Origin: Phycisphaerae bacterium
GTDB taxonomy: Bacteria > Planctomycetota > Phycisphaerae > WQYP01
Length of the DNA: 44,296 nucleotides
Reading direction: 5' to 3'
Assembly: GCA_037139555.1 (NCBI GenBank)
Contig: JBAXGE010000002.1
Location: 1-44,296 of the forward strand
Part shown: in pieces, positions 1-8,781 of the stretch
Numbering within the stretch: position 1 is the stretch's first letter
Layout of the letters: each line of letters begins with the position of its first letter
Made by a program: the position numbers and the translations under genes
Notes under the pieces: model-generated
What the model saw: only the letters and a program-made list of their open reading frames with translations
Database searches by the model: none
What the model was told of the DNA's origin: nothing

Positions 1-2
1 GG

Positions 3-554
3 TTAGCGTCCTGCCGTAATGTGTTGTAACTGCAACAGATAGTCGGTACGGGCTTGCTTGAAGAATGCCTGGGCGGTTTCCGAACGATAATCCGCATACG
101 TCCACGGCCAGGGCGTCCATTGGTGTTGATGCCAATGCAGGGTCACTTCGGCGTAGATGCCTTCTTGCAGATACACCCGATGGCTGTGATCCTTGGTCGT
201 CGCCAGAATGACCTTGTAGCGATGCACGTAGCCGGGATCAATATTGATAGGGCGGGCAGCGCCGCGCTGAAACTGCCGGGCCAGCAGGGTCTCCGCCATG
301 TTGGTTTCCAATTTACATTTGGCCAAATGCTCGGGGTTAAACAGCGTCTGAAAGCGAATCCACTGCCGTTGCAGTTTGGGGCCCATTTCCGGGGTGTAAT
401 ATTCCGTAAAGTCGAAAGGTATGACGGCGGAAACATCATCCACCGGGCCATACCAGCGGGTTAGTTCCAGCCGGGCAGCCTCGAGTTCGTCGGTATCCGC
501 CGCCAACAGGCCGGCAAAGCGTAATACGGGCAAATGTGATGTTGGGACAGCCAT
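3..554 (-). CDS. DUF4416 family protein
   Basis: 183 aa. Family-typical motifs are present: PFDFTEYYTPEMG, NIDPGY, ILATTKDHSHRVYL, GIYAEVTL, WTYADYR. TGGAG Shine-Dalgarno lies 7 nt upstream of the ATG at 552-554. Confidence 0.7.
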   Translation of the reverse strand: MAVPTSHLPVLRFAGLLAADTDELEAARLELTRWYGPVDDVSAVIPFDFTEYYTPEMGPKLQRQWIRFQTLFNPEHLAKCKLETNMAETLLARQFQRGAARPINIDPGYVHRYKVILATTKDHSHRVYLQEGIYAEVTLHWHQHQWTPWPWTYADYRSETAQAFFKQARTDYLLQLQHITAGR

Positions 555-678
555 GGTTAAACTCCAAATAACATGGGCATCGTACCGCCCCGGGCACCCT
601 CCGACAACTAACCAGCCTGTGCAAGCTCGTTACGTAATATAAACTCGGCTATACTAGGGGGCATAAATAGGAGTTGAT

Positions 679-1056
679 ATGAATTTTTTCGTTGATGAAC
701 AGGTAGATGGTCAGATTGCCAAGGACTTAAAAGCGGCGGGACACCGTATTTTTAGTGTGGCCGATTTACTCGCAAACACGGAATTAGCGGAATTGCCCGG
801 CGCAGATCGCGATTTCTTCGCCATTTTGGCCCAGCGTCAGTGCTCTTTTGTGACCCAGAATAACAATCGCATCGAGCCTATGTATGAAAACCATCTGCCC
901 TTCGAGCAGTGCGTGGTGTGGATTCAGGCTCCGGATAGCGCTGGTGTGGTCGAACGGTTATTTGCCCGCTACAAACGACTGACACCCCGGCGGATGTATA
1001 CGATCACGGGTACCCGCGTTAAGGTCCGGCAATTGCCGGGTGCAGGCCAAGTATAA
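679..1056 (+). CDS. DUF5615 / Mut7-C-like PIN-fold domain protein, possibly degenerate
   Basis: 125 aa. The N-terminus MNFFVDEQVDGQIAKDLKAAGHRIFSV resembles the DUF5615 signature (M.FL.DE......L...GH.V). AGGAG lies 5 nt upstream of the ATG. Where the family usually has T.D.DF, this protein reads TQNNNR (by-eye alignment). Confidence 0.45.
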   Translation: MNFFVDEQVDGQIAKDLKAAGHRIFSVADLLANTELAELPGADRDFFAILAQRQCSFVTQNNNRIEPMYENHLPFEQCVVWIQAPDSAGVVERLFARYKRLTPRRMYTITGTRVKVRQLPGAGQV

Positions 1057-1074
1057 TTTCGGGGGACCAGCGCA

Positions 1075-2220
1075 ATGTGGGCCTTAACGGAAGCCAATGC
1101 GGTTGATTACCTGCGCCAGTCAGGCAGATTGCCTACTGGGGAGGTTATGGTCAAATCACTCACAGGTGGAGTGGCCAGCACGGTCCTTATGATCTTTGAG
1201 GTGGAAGCGGGGGACTTCATTGGAACCGACCTACGTTCACCCGCCCAGATCAAACGCGGCATCCCGGATCTGCGCTCCCGGGCCGGGCGCTGCTATGTGC
1301 TCAAACAACCTGAAGCCCAATTCCGTACTGCTGCCGAATGGAAGGTTGATACCGATCGGCTGTGGGTTGAACGCGATTGCATGCAATTACTTAACGATAT
1401 ATTGCCGGCTGGCAGTCTGCCCCAGCCTCTCTGGTGGGATGAAGCCAACAATATTCTGGCTATGACGGCCGCCCCCAGCGACGCGATTATCTGGAAAAAG
1501 CTACTGCTGGATGGCATCTGTCCCCGACAAGCCGCGGAAGAAGCGGGGTTGATTCTGGCGATGCTCCATACCAGCACCACCCAGCGTCCCGAGTTGTTGA
1601 GCCGGTACGGCAACCCCAGACTCTTTATCCAACAACGCGTTGATGCCTATCTGCGTACCGCCGCGCTAAGGCATCCTGATTTGACCGCCCAATTTCAGGC
1701 GTTGGAAACGATGCTACTCACTGAGCAGCTATGCCTGATTCATGGGGATTATACGCCCAAGAATATTTTCGTCGTGCCCGAAGCCGCCACAGAGCCAGAT
1801 AAGCCTCTCGCTGTGGACCGGATCATGCTTCTGGACTTCGAGGTCGTGTTCTACAGCCATCCGGCCTTTGATGTGGCGTCGCTGATCAACCATTTATTGC
1901 TCAAGGCTTTTCATCGCCCCAAAGCTTGGCGTGGTTACGTAATTGCGGCAGATGCGTTCTGGCGATCTTACTGCCAAGTTGCCTCCGCCGGATTATCTCA
2001 GCGGGTGGCCTTGCGGGGTGGACAGCTACTTGGCGCGTTACTAATAGCGCGGGTAGACGGCAAAAGTCCCGTGGAGTACATCAATGACGCCGCTACTCAG
2101 GAACGCATACGCGAATTAGGACGTAAGTTATTGAATGACAGTATGTTAGATATGGATTCGGCGCTGGACTATGCAGGTGAAACATTGGCGAATCTGGCCA
2201 ACGCCGGGTCAGCGAAATAA
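1075..2220 (+). CDS. Aminoglycoside-phosphotransferase-fold kinase, methylthioribose-kinase-like
   Basis: 381 aa. Catalytic loop LIHGDYTPKNIFV and metal-binding LLDFEVVFYSHPAFDVASLINHLL are typical of APH/MtnK-type kinases. The KQPEAQFR...W....DR segment resembles MtnK. It starts 19 nt after the preceding gene. Confidence 0.6.
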   Translation: MWALTEANAVDYLRQSGRLPTGEVMVKSLTGGVASTVLMIFEVEAGDFIGTDLRSPAQIKRGIPDLRSRAGRCYVLKQPEAQFRTAAEWKVDTDRLWVERDCMQLLNDILPAGSLPQPLWWDEANNILAMTAAPSDAIIWKKLLLDGICPRQAAEEAGLILAMLHTSTTQRPELLSRYGNPRLFIQQRVDAYLRTAALRHPDLTAQFQALETMLLTEQLCLIHGDYTPKNIFVVPEAATEPDKPLAVDRIMLLDFEVVFYSHPAFDVASLINHLLLKAFHRPKAWRGYVIAADAFWRSYCQVASAGLSQRVALRGGQLLGALLIARVDGKSPVEYINDAATQERIRELGRKLLNDSMLDMDSALDYAGETLANLANAGSAK

Positions 2221-2235
2221 AGGGCAATACCTTTG

Positions 2236-2244
2236 TGGTACAAT
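2236..2244 (+). promoter_or_regulatory. Candidate extended -10 promoter (TGgTACAAT) for the ECF sigma operon
   Basis: TGGTACAAT lies about 70 nt upstream of the ATG at 2314. No good -35 is present, which is consistent with an extended -10 promoter. Confidence 0.3.
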
Positions 2245-2313
2245 CAAGGGTGTTGCAGTAGACGGGAATTTAACTTTTTTTCTAACCAGCGACTGGTGCG
2301 AGTGTCTTAAGCG

Positions 2314-2970
2314 ATGGCTCAACATCTGACGGATAACTTTCCGCCTGGTCCCCAAGGCAGTTTGCCTCTGGGGGCGTTGACCTCTGCTCCCGAGGGAGTG
2401 GAAGAGTTGCAGTTGGTTGAAGCGGCCAAGGTTGGTGATCGGGTTGCTTTCGGCAAACTGGCGCAGCGTTATCAACGGCAATGCGCCGGGGTTGCGATCA
2501 GATTGCTGGGCAATAGCCATGATGCCGCCGAATTGGTGCAGGAAGCGTTGCTCAAGGCATATAGTAGCCTGGGGCAGTTGAATCAGGCCCAGCGGTTTGG
2601 TCCTTGGTTGATGCGGATTGTGACCAACTTGTCGCTGAACTATCGGCGGTCAAGGCAGTTGCGGAAGGCGACGTCTATCGAGCAGACGTCCCAGCCCGAT
2701 GGTGATGATATCCGCAGTTCGTTGCCCGAGTTGGGACCCATCCAGCCGGAGCGAATTATGGCTTCGGCGGAATTGGGCGATGCGATCCAGCAGGCGTTGA
2801 ATGCTCTGCCGGAGAAGCAACGGTTGGCGCTTGTGTTGTTCGCCATCGAAGAGATGTCGCAGCGCGATGTGGCCGAGACGCTAGATTGTTCAGTTGAGAT
2901 GGTTAAATGGCATGTGTTTCAGGCCCGCAAGACGCTACGCGTTCTGCTGGCGGAACATGTGGAAGACTGA
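2314..2970 (+). CDS. ECF-type RNA polymerase sigma-70 family factor
   Basis: 218 aa. Region 2 (AAELVQEALLKAY, FGPWLMRIVTNLSLNYRR) and region 4 (LPEKQRLALVLFAIEEMSQRDVAETLDCSVEMVKWHVFQARKTLR) are both present. Confidence 0.85.
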   Translation: MAQHLTDNFPPGPQGSLPLGALTSAPEGVEELQLVEAAKVGDRVAFGKLAQRYQRQCAGVAIRLLGNSHDAAELVQEALLKAYSSLGQLNQAQRFGPWLMRIVTNLSLNYRRSRQLRKATSIEQTSQPDGDDIRSSLPELGPIQPERIMASAELGDAIQQALNALPEKQRLALVLFAIEEMSQRDVAETLDCSVEMVKWHVFQARKTLRVLLAEHVED

Positions 2971-3011
2971 TACCGTGATTACCGGGACGTTGGTCCCCGT
3001 GAAAGAGTGTG

Positions 3012-3632
3012 ATGGAAAATCGCGAACACCTAGAATTTCTGATCAGTCAGTACGTGGACAACACGTTGGACGCTGATGCCCGCAAACAGGTCGAGCACCT
3101 GCTACACACGGATGCTCAGGCCGCGCTCTGTTTTCAACACCAAAAAGAAATCCAAGACGTCCTGCAGGATTGGGGCAATCGCATTCCCATGATCAACTGG
3201 GACGATTTCGACCGCAATCTAGCCAACAAACTTGCCGATCTGGATGTTGCCAAGTCAAATTCGGTCTATCGCGAAAAGTGGCTGAAGGTACGTTGGGCGG
3301 TCGCGGCCAGCGTGGTGCTAGTAGTGGGGACCGCGGCTTCATGGAATTTCTGGATGCAGCCGATTGACTCGCATGGTGGCGTCGCCAAAAACGTGCCCGC
3401 CAATAATTCAACCCAGCAGGTGGCTGTCAATTTAAATCAACCGCAGGCCGCAGGTCGGGTTGAAGTGATCGTAGAGCAGCCCAATGCGGTATCGGCCAGC
3501 GTGCGTATCGCGTTGGATCCCAATCCACCGGAAAACGCGGTTCGGGTCGGCGTTGCCAACCAGGGTGTGACCACGCAGCCCGGCACGGTTACCGCAGGTG
3601 TGATTGTGGATGGATTGGAAGCGATCCGCTGA
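3012..3632 (+). CDS. Putative anti-sigma factor, single-pass membrane protein
   Basis: It lies 38 nt downstream of the ECF sigma gene. The N-terminal anti-sigma-like helix is EHLEFLISQYVDNTLDADARKQVEHLL, and one TM segment is WAVAASVVLVVGTAASW. I prefer the ATG at 3012 over the GTG at 3009. Confidence 0.6.
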   Translation: MENREHLEFLISQYVDNTLDADARKQVEHLLHTDAQAALCFQHQKEIQDVLQDWGNRIPMINWDDFDRNLANKLADLDVAKSNSVYREKWLKVRWAVAASVVLVVGTAASWNFWMQPIDSHGGVAKNVPANNSTQQVAVNLNQPQAAGRVEVIVEQPNAVSASVRIALDPNPPENAVRVGVANQGVTTQPGTVTAGVIVDGLEAIR

Positions 3633-3681
3633 CCTGCGGCCGGTGCAATTTACCCTTGACATATTAACGTAGCATGGCTGC

Positions 3682-4125
3682 TTACAGCTTTTCTTGCGCC
3701 AGCGTATACAGCCGGGGATGAGGTAGCAGGAATTTCTGGACGCACACCCCGCACAAGTAAAAATGACGTGCCCCCGGGTAGTAGATGGAATCGGTGTCAT
3801 CCCCCTCAACCCACATATAACAGGGGACTTGTTTGGTGCCACATAAACTGCAATGATTTGGGCTCCCGCCTTTACGCAACATCAGATTGGCGCTCAGCCG
3901 GGGCAGACGCGTAAGCTGCCCGCGTCCCGAGGCCGTGGTAACATGCCCGGTGATGTGACGCTTTTTCAGCCAAGCCACCAGATATTCCAACTCATTGGCA
4001 TCGCAGTACCGGACCCACAATCCGAGTGGATCATCCCGGAAAAAGCCCATCTCCTCCAATTGCTCCTGCAGGATGGGGTCAGGCCAAGATTGCAGTCGGA
4101 TGATTTTTCGCTCGGTCATTAACAT
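3682..4125 (-). CDS. Hypothetical Cys-rich (zinc-ribbon-like) protein
   Basis: The 206-aa track ORF is trimmed to the internal Met (MLMTERK...), because the longer form overlaps the GT2 start on the other strand. The C-terminus carries CSLCG-x6-C ... CGVC. I recognise no family. Confidence 0.45.
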   Translation of the reverse strand: MLMTERKIIRLQSWPDPILQEQLEEMGFFRDDPLGLWVRYCDANELEYLVAWLKKRHITGHVTTASGRGQLTRLPRLSANLMLRKGGSPNHCSLCGTKQVPCYMWVEGDDTDSIYYPGARHFYLCGVCVQKFLLPHPRLYTLAQEKL

Positions 4126-4241
4126 GCACTCATTATACTCGTTTTTAGTCCAACAATTAAGCACCGTAGAGTTGCCGTTTGCACTTAAATCGGTTGGAAT
4201 ACTGGGCTTACGATTACCGCTTTGCTTTAGGATAAGTGACC

Positions 4242-5027
4242 ATGACCGAATTGCACCCCAACATTCCCAGTGCTTTACTCCTGGCGCAGCCTGTGAAGCC
4301 ACAATTTCGCCTGCTCTCGATCGTGATCCCGGTTTATAACGAAGAGCGTTATCTGACCGCCGTGATCAAGCACGTAGTCGAGCAGCCGCTGCCCGGCGGG
4401 TTGCAGCGTGAAATCATCCTGGTCAACGATGCGTCCAAAGACCGTACCTGGGAAATCATGCAGCAGATTCCCGGTTTTTTTCCTGAAGTGTCCTTCCAGT
4501 TGAAAAATAAAACCGTCAATGAAGGCAAAGGGGCCGCGCTACGGGACGGTTTTACGCTGGTCAAAGGTGATTTGGTTATTATTCAGGATGCGGACTTTGA
4601 GTATGATCCGTCCGACTATCCCAAACTGCTCCAGCCGATTCTGGACGGTAAGGCCGATGTAGTGTTTGGCTCGCGTTTCATCGGCGAACCGCACCGCGTG
4701 ATGTATTTCTGGCATCAGGTGGCCAATAAGATTCTAACCTCCACCTCCAATATGCTGACCAACCTGAATTTGTCCGATATGGAAGTATGCTACAAAGTGT
4801 TCACCCGACCGGTGATTGACCAGATCAAAATCAGTTCGCCGCGTTTTGGCGTTGAGCCGGAACTGACGGCCAAGGTAGCGCGTTTACGTCTGAATGGCAA
4901 GAAGTTGCGGGTATATGAAACCGGCGTGTCCTACGCGGGGCGTACCTACGAAGAGGGCAAGAAAATCGGCGCCATGGATGGCGTTTCCGCCTTGTTTCAA
5001 ATCGTGCGCTATCGTTTCTTTGATTGA
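4242..5027 (+). CDS. Family 2 glycosyltransferase (ArnC / dolichyl-phosphate sugar transferase-like)
   Basis: Motifs LSIVIPVYNEE, VNDASKDRT and IIQDADFEYDP are GT2 (GT-A, DxD) signatures. The track ORF starts at the GTG at 4236. The ATG at 4242 has better spacing to AGGA. Confidence 0.85.
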   Translation: MTELHPNIPSALLLAQPVKPQFRLLSIVIPVYNEERYLTAVIKHVVEQPLPGGLQREIILVNDASKDRTWEIMQQIPGFFPEVSFQLKNKTVNEGKGAALRDGFTLVKGDLVIIQDADFEYDPSDYPKLLQPILDGKADVVFGSRFIGEPHRVMYFWHQVANKILTSTSNMLTNLNLSDMEVCYKVFTRPVIDQIKISSPRFGVEPELTAKVARLRLNGKKLRVYETGVSYAGRTYEEGKKIGAMDGVSALFQIVRYRFFD

Positions 5028-5058
5028 TGCCCCAGGCAAAACTAACCGAGGCTTTCCC

Positions 5059-6012
5059 ATGCATATCCTCGTCACCGGTGCGGCAGGTTTTTTGGGATCG
5101 CATTTATCGGAACAACTGGTGGCGCAAGGTCACACGGTGGTGGGAGCGGATAATCTTATCACCGGGTCGAACAGCAATCTGGACGGCTTGCGCAACCATC
5201 CGGCATTTACACTGCTTAATTGCGACCTGACCGAACCCTTACCCGAAGCCTTAACCCAGCAAAACTTCCAGCGTATTTATCATATGGCTTCGCCCGCTTC
5301 GCCCACCGGCTATGTACGGCATCAGGTGGTGACGCTCAAGGTGAATACTCTGGGCACAATGAATTTGTTGGAACTGGCCCAGCGGGCCGGGGCCAGAATT
5401 CTGGTCGCCTCCACTTCGGAGGCTTACGGTGATCCCAGCGAACACCCCCAGCGTGAAACCTATTGGGGCCACGTCAATCCCGTGGGCATGCGGTCCATGT
5501 ATGATGAAGCCAAACGTTTCATGGAAGCCGCCGCCATGGCGTACCACCGCGAACAGGGGGTGGACACACGCATTGTGCGTATCTTTAATACCTATGGCCC
5601 ACGCCTGGCGGTAAATGATGGCCGGGTGGTGGTGACATTCATTGCCCAAGCCCTGCGGAATGAACCTCTCACCGTACAGGGGGATGGCCGTCAGACCCGT
5701 TCGCTCTGCTATGTGGCTGATGAAATACGTGGCTTGATGGCCCTGATGGAGTGTCCCAATTATCACTTGCCGGTGAATATCGGTAATCCCGATGAAGTTA
5801 CCATGCTGGAACTGGCCAGAGAAATCATCGCCCTCACCGGGTCTAAATCAAGAATCCGCCACACCGAATTACCGCCCGATGATCCCAAGCAGCGCTGCCC
5901 GGATATCACACTGGCCCGCAAACTGCTCAATTGGTCCCCGCAGGTTTCCCGTCAGGAAGGTTTGATGCGCACGATTGCCTATTATCGGGCTTTGCTGGTT
6001 GACCCAAGCTAA
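5059..6012 (+). CDS. UDP-glucuronate decarboxylase (UDP-xylose synthase), SDR family
   Basis: The internal start gives MHILVTGAAGFLGSHL (Rossmann GxxGxxG). Also present are YDEAKR, RIFNTYGPRL, DGRVVVTFIAQAL and GDGRQTRSLCYV. The track N-terminal extension (4894-5058) overlaps the GT2 gene. Confidence 0.85.
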   Translation: MHILVTGAAGFLGSHLSEQLVAQGHTVVGADNLITGSNSNLDGLRNHPAFTLLNCDLTEPLPEALTQQNFQRIYHMASPASPTGYVRHQVVTLKVNTLGTMNLLELAQRAGARILVASTSEAYGDPSEHPQRETYWGHVNPVGMRSMYDEAKRFMEAAAMAYHREQGVDTRIVRIFNTYGPRLAVNDGRVVVTFIAQALRNEPLTVQGDGRQTRSLCYVADEIRGLMALMECPNYHLPVNIGNPDEVTMLELAREIIALTGSKSRIRHTELPPDDPKQRCPDITLARKLLNWSPQVSRQEGLMRTIAYYRALLVDPS

Positions 6013-6013
6013 C

Positions 6014-6856
6014 TTAATCACCCAAATCGCGCCGGTGGTCGTCGCTGTCATACGCATCCGGGATGGCGCTGGCATCGCGGTCACACCGTTCTATCGCCAA
6101 AGCCTTGCCGGTGGCTGGATCCAACGTCAAAATGACGCCACTTAACCGCGGATGGCCCAAGGCCACATCAAACATGGTCGGCATGGAGGTCAGCATGTGC
6201 TTGAGCACACGATCAGTCCGGCGTCCTAGGATGCTATCCCACGGACCACACATGCCCAAGTCCGAAACGTAGGCCGTACCCTTGGCCAGCACCCGCTGGT
6301 CGGCGGTGGGTACATGGGTATGCGTGCCCACTACCGCGGACACACGACCATCGAGATACCAGCCCATGGCCACTTTTTCGCTGGTCTGCTCGGCGTGGAA
6401 ATCTACAATTCGCAGCGTCAGGTCGCGCGGCATCTCCAGCAGCATGCGGTCCATTGCCCGGAACGGATCATCGGCGGCCAGATTGATGTTGTTACGACCA
6501 ATCACCTGCATAATGCCAATATTGAGGCCCGAACGGGTCTTGATGATGGTCCAACCCTTGCCAATCGCGCCGGGTGGGAAATTACCGGGACGGATCAGGC
6601 GGTCGGATTGCTCCAGCGTGGCAAAAATATCCTTCTTGCGATAGGTATGATCCCCCAGCGTACAGACATCCACCCCGCTGGCCCGGATTTTTTCAAACAG
6701 GGTGGGGGTCAATCCAGAGCCGCCAGCCGAGTTTTCGGCATTGGCGATCACCAGATCAAGTTCATATTCGCGGGTCAGTTTGGGGACCCATTCCGCTACA
6801 GCGTGACGTCCGGGTTTGCCAACAATGTCGCCCAGACACAAAACTCGAATGGACAT
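6014..6856 (-). CDS. YmdB-like (TIGR00282) metallophosphoesterase
   Basis: MSIRVLCLGDIVGKPGR, VIANAENSAGGSGLT, DFHAEQTSEK and GTHTHVPTAD are typical of YmdB 2',3'-cyclic-nucleotide phosphodiesterase-type proteins. Confidence 0.8.
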   Translation of the reverse strand: MSIRVLCLGDIVGKPGRHAVAEWVPKLTREYELDLVIANAENSAGGSGLTPTLFEKIRASGVDVCTLGDHTYRKKDIFATLEQSDRLIRPGNFPPGAIGKGWTIIKTRSGLNIGIMQVIGRNNINLAADDPFRAMDRMLLEMPRDLTLRIVDFHAEQTSEKVAMGWYLDGRVSAVVGTHTHVPTADQRVLAKGTAYVSDLGMCGPWDSILGRRTDRVLKHMLTSMPTMFDVALGHPRLSGVILTLDPATGKALAIERCDRDASAIPDAYDSDDHRRDLGD

Positions 6857-7012
6857 AGCAAACAGGCTTTCTAGCTTGCAGTGCAAGCACAGGAGTAATG
6901 CACAGTTTCACGGCTTTAACTGGTGCTGTCAAACCCTTTGGCCTAAGATACTTGGGATTATCGGCTTTTGGGTATAGAATCAATCTTTTACGCGTTACGC
7001 GAAGGAGTTGTT

Positions 7013-8701
7013 ATGGCGATTTCTGACATGATCAAGAAGGGGGCAATCCGAGCTCCCCATCGTTCTTTGCTGCGGGCGACCGGCGTAATTCAAGATGATT
7101 CGGATTGGGATAAGCCCTTTGTCGCAATAGCGAACTCGTTCGTGCAAATCATTCCGGGCCATGTGCATTTGGATGTGGTGGGCCGCAAGGTCCGTGCCGC
7201 AGTTCGCGCGGCTGGTGGGGTGCCTTTTGAATTTAATACCATCGGCGTGGATGATGGTATCGCCATGGGACATACCGGCATGAAGTATTCCTTGGCCAGC
7301 CGTGAACTGATCGCGGACTGCGTTGAGACCATGCTGCGTGCCCATTGTTTTGACGGCATGGTATGTATCCCCAATTGCGACAAGATCGTGCCCGGCATGA
7401 TGATGGCCGCGGCCCGGGTGAATGTGCCAACCGTATTTGTTTCCGGCGGACCGATGAAGGCGGGCAAGTTGCCTTCCACCGGCAAGGCGATTGATCTGGC
7501 CAGTGTGTTCGAAGGCGTCGGAGCCCAGTCTAACGGACGCATTACACTTCAACAGTTGGATGAACTCGAACGTAATGCCTGTCCGACCTGTGGTAGTTGC
7601 AGTGGTATGTTCACGGCCAACAGCATGAACTGTCTGTGCGAAGCCCTGGGGCTGGCGCTTCCGGGGAATGGTTCGATACTGGCCACCGATCCGCGGCGTG
7701 ACGAACTGTTTATGCGGGCGGGCAAGGCGATTGTTGAATTGATCCGCCGAGATATCAAGCCCCGCGATATTCTGACCCGGGAGGCGTTCGAGAATGCCTT
7801 CGCGTTGGATATGGCGATGGGCGGCTCGACCAATACCGTATTACATACCCTGGCAGTGGCCATCGAAGCGGGTTGTCCGTTTGATCTGCGTCATCTGAAT
7901 GAAGTCGCCGCCCGGGTGCCGCATATCTGCAAAGTTGCCCCCAGTGGTACCTATCACATGGAAGATGTTGACCGGGCTGGCGGGATTGGGGCAATATTAA
8001 AAGTGATCAGCGGTAAGCCCGGGGTACTACACACCGAGTGCATCACGGCTACCGGTAAGACCTTGGGCGAAAATATCGCCGATGCACAAGTGTTGGATGC
8101 CGATGTCATTCGGCCCTTGGACAAGGCCCATTCGCAGCAGGGCGGTCTGGCGATTTTGTTCGGGAATTTGGCTCCCTGCGGCGCGGTGATCAAGGCCGCA
8201 GGCGTGGCTCCGGCCATGATGACTTTCTCCGGTCCGGCCGTCATCTTCGAAAGTCAGGAAGAGGCCATGGATGGGATTCTCGCCGGTAAGGTGAAAGCTG
8301 GCGATGTGGTCATTATTCGCTACGAAGGTCCGCGCGGTGGACCGGGCATGCAGGAAATGCTCTCGCCCACGGCCGCGATTGCCGGTCAGGGGTTGGGGGA
8401 AACCGTGGCCCTGATTACCGATGGCCGCTTCAGCGGAGCAACCCGCGGTGGTTCGATCGGGCATGTAAGTCCCGAGGCTGCGGCCGGTGGGCCCATTGCG
8501 CTGGTGCTGCCCGGAGATATCATCAATATTGATATTCCCAATCGCACGCTGGAACTCAAAGTGTCGGAAGCGGAGTTGACCCGGCGTAAAACCACTTGGA
8601 AACGTCCTGCGGGCAAGATCACCTATGGCTATTTGGCGCGGTACGCCAGCATGGTCACCAGCGCGGATACTGGTGCGGTACTAAAACAGCCGGAAGTGTA
8701 A
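7013..8701 (+). CDS. ilvD: Dihydroxy-acid dehydratase
   Basis: 562 aa counted from the ATG at 7013, which is preceded by GAAGGAG. Conserved motifs include [44 protein letters not shown] and GHVSPEAA. Confidence 0.95.
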   Translation: MAISDMIKKGAIRAPHRSLLRATGVIQDDSDWDKPFVAIANSFVQIIPGHVHLDVVGRKVRAAVRAAGGVPFEFNTIGVDDGIAMGHTGMKYSLASRELIADCVETMLRAHCFDGMVCIPNCDKIVPGMMMAAARVNVPTVFVSGGPMKAGKLPSTGKAIDLASVFEGVGAQSNGRITLQQLDELERNACPTCGSCSGMFTANSMNCLCEALGLALPGNGSILATDPRRDELFMRAGKAIVELIRRDIKPRDILTREAFENAFALDMAMGGSTNTVLHTLAVAIEAGCPFDLRHLNEVAARVPHICKVAPSGTYHMEDVDRAGGIGAILKVISGKPGVLHTECITATGKTLGENIADAQVLDADVIRPLDKAHSQQGGLAILFGNLAPCGAVIKAAGVAPAMMTFSGPAVIFESQEEAMDGILAGKVKAGDVVIIRYEGPRGGPGMQEMLSPTAAIAGQGLGETVALITDGRFSGATRGGSIGHVSPEAAAGGPIALVLPGDIINIDIPNRTLELKVSEAELTRRKTTWKRPAGKITYGYLARYASMVTSADTGAVLKQPEV

Positions 8702-8702
8702 T

Positions 8703-8766
8703 AACAGGGACTCATGCAGCGTGAATAAGCTGGGGATCATAGGTTCAGTTGTCTATGGTCCCTGTT
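8703..8766. terminator. Inverted repeat between convergent ilvD and PDZ genes (possible bidirectional terminator)
   Basis: A 9-bp inverted repeat pairs AACAGGGAC (8703-8711) with GTCCCTGTT (8758-8766). An inner 5-bp CATAG/CTATG hairpin is also present. The loop is long, so this is a weak call. Confidence 0.3.
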
Positions 8767-8781
8767 TAATTATGCGGTCAG

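Noticed and set aside
4894-5058. Long N-terminal extensions in the ORF track
   Set aside because: The extended ORFs are 4894 for UXS, 10849 for bcp, 18724 for the ArsR-MT regulator, 30084 for the deacetylase, 41276 for gnd, 4302 for the Cys-rich ORF, 9747 for the PDZ protein and 10462 for the anti-sigma factor. The extensions overlap neighbouring genes or divergent promoters and lack Shine-Dalgarno sequences. The conserved family N-termini or signal peptides begin at internal Met codons, several of which have good Shine-Dalgarno motifs.
6874-6888. The palindrome GCTTGCA-G-TGCAAGC in the ymdB-like / ilvD divergent spacer, and the adjacent TACGCG tandem at about 6990-7001
   Set aside because: These are short and isolated. 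I saw no second copy elsewhere in the window. This is insufficient to call an operator or leader element without comparative data.
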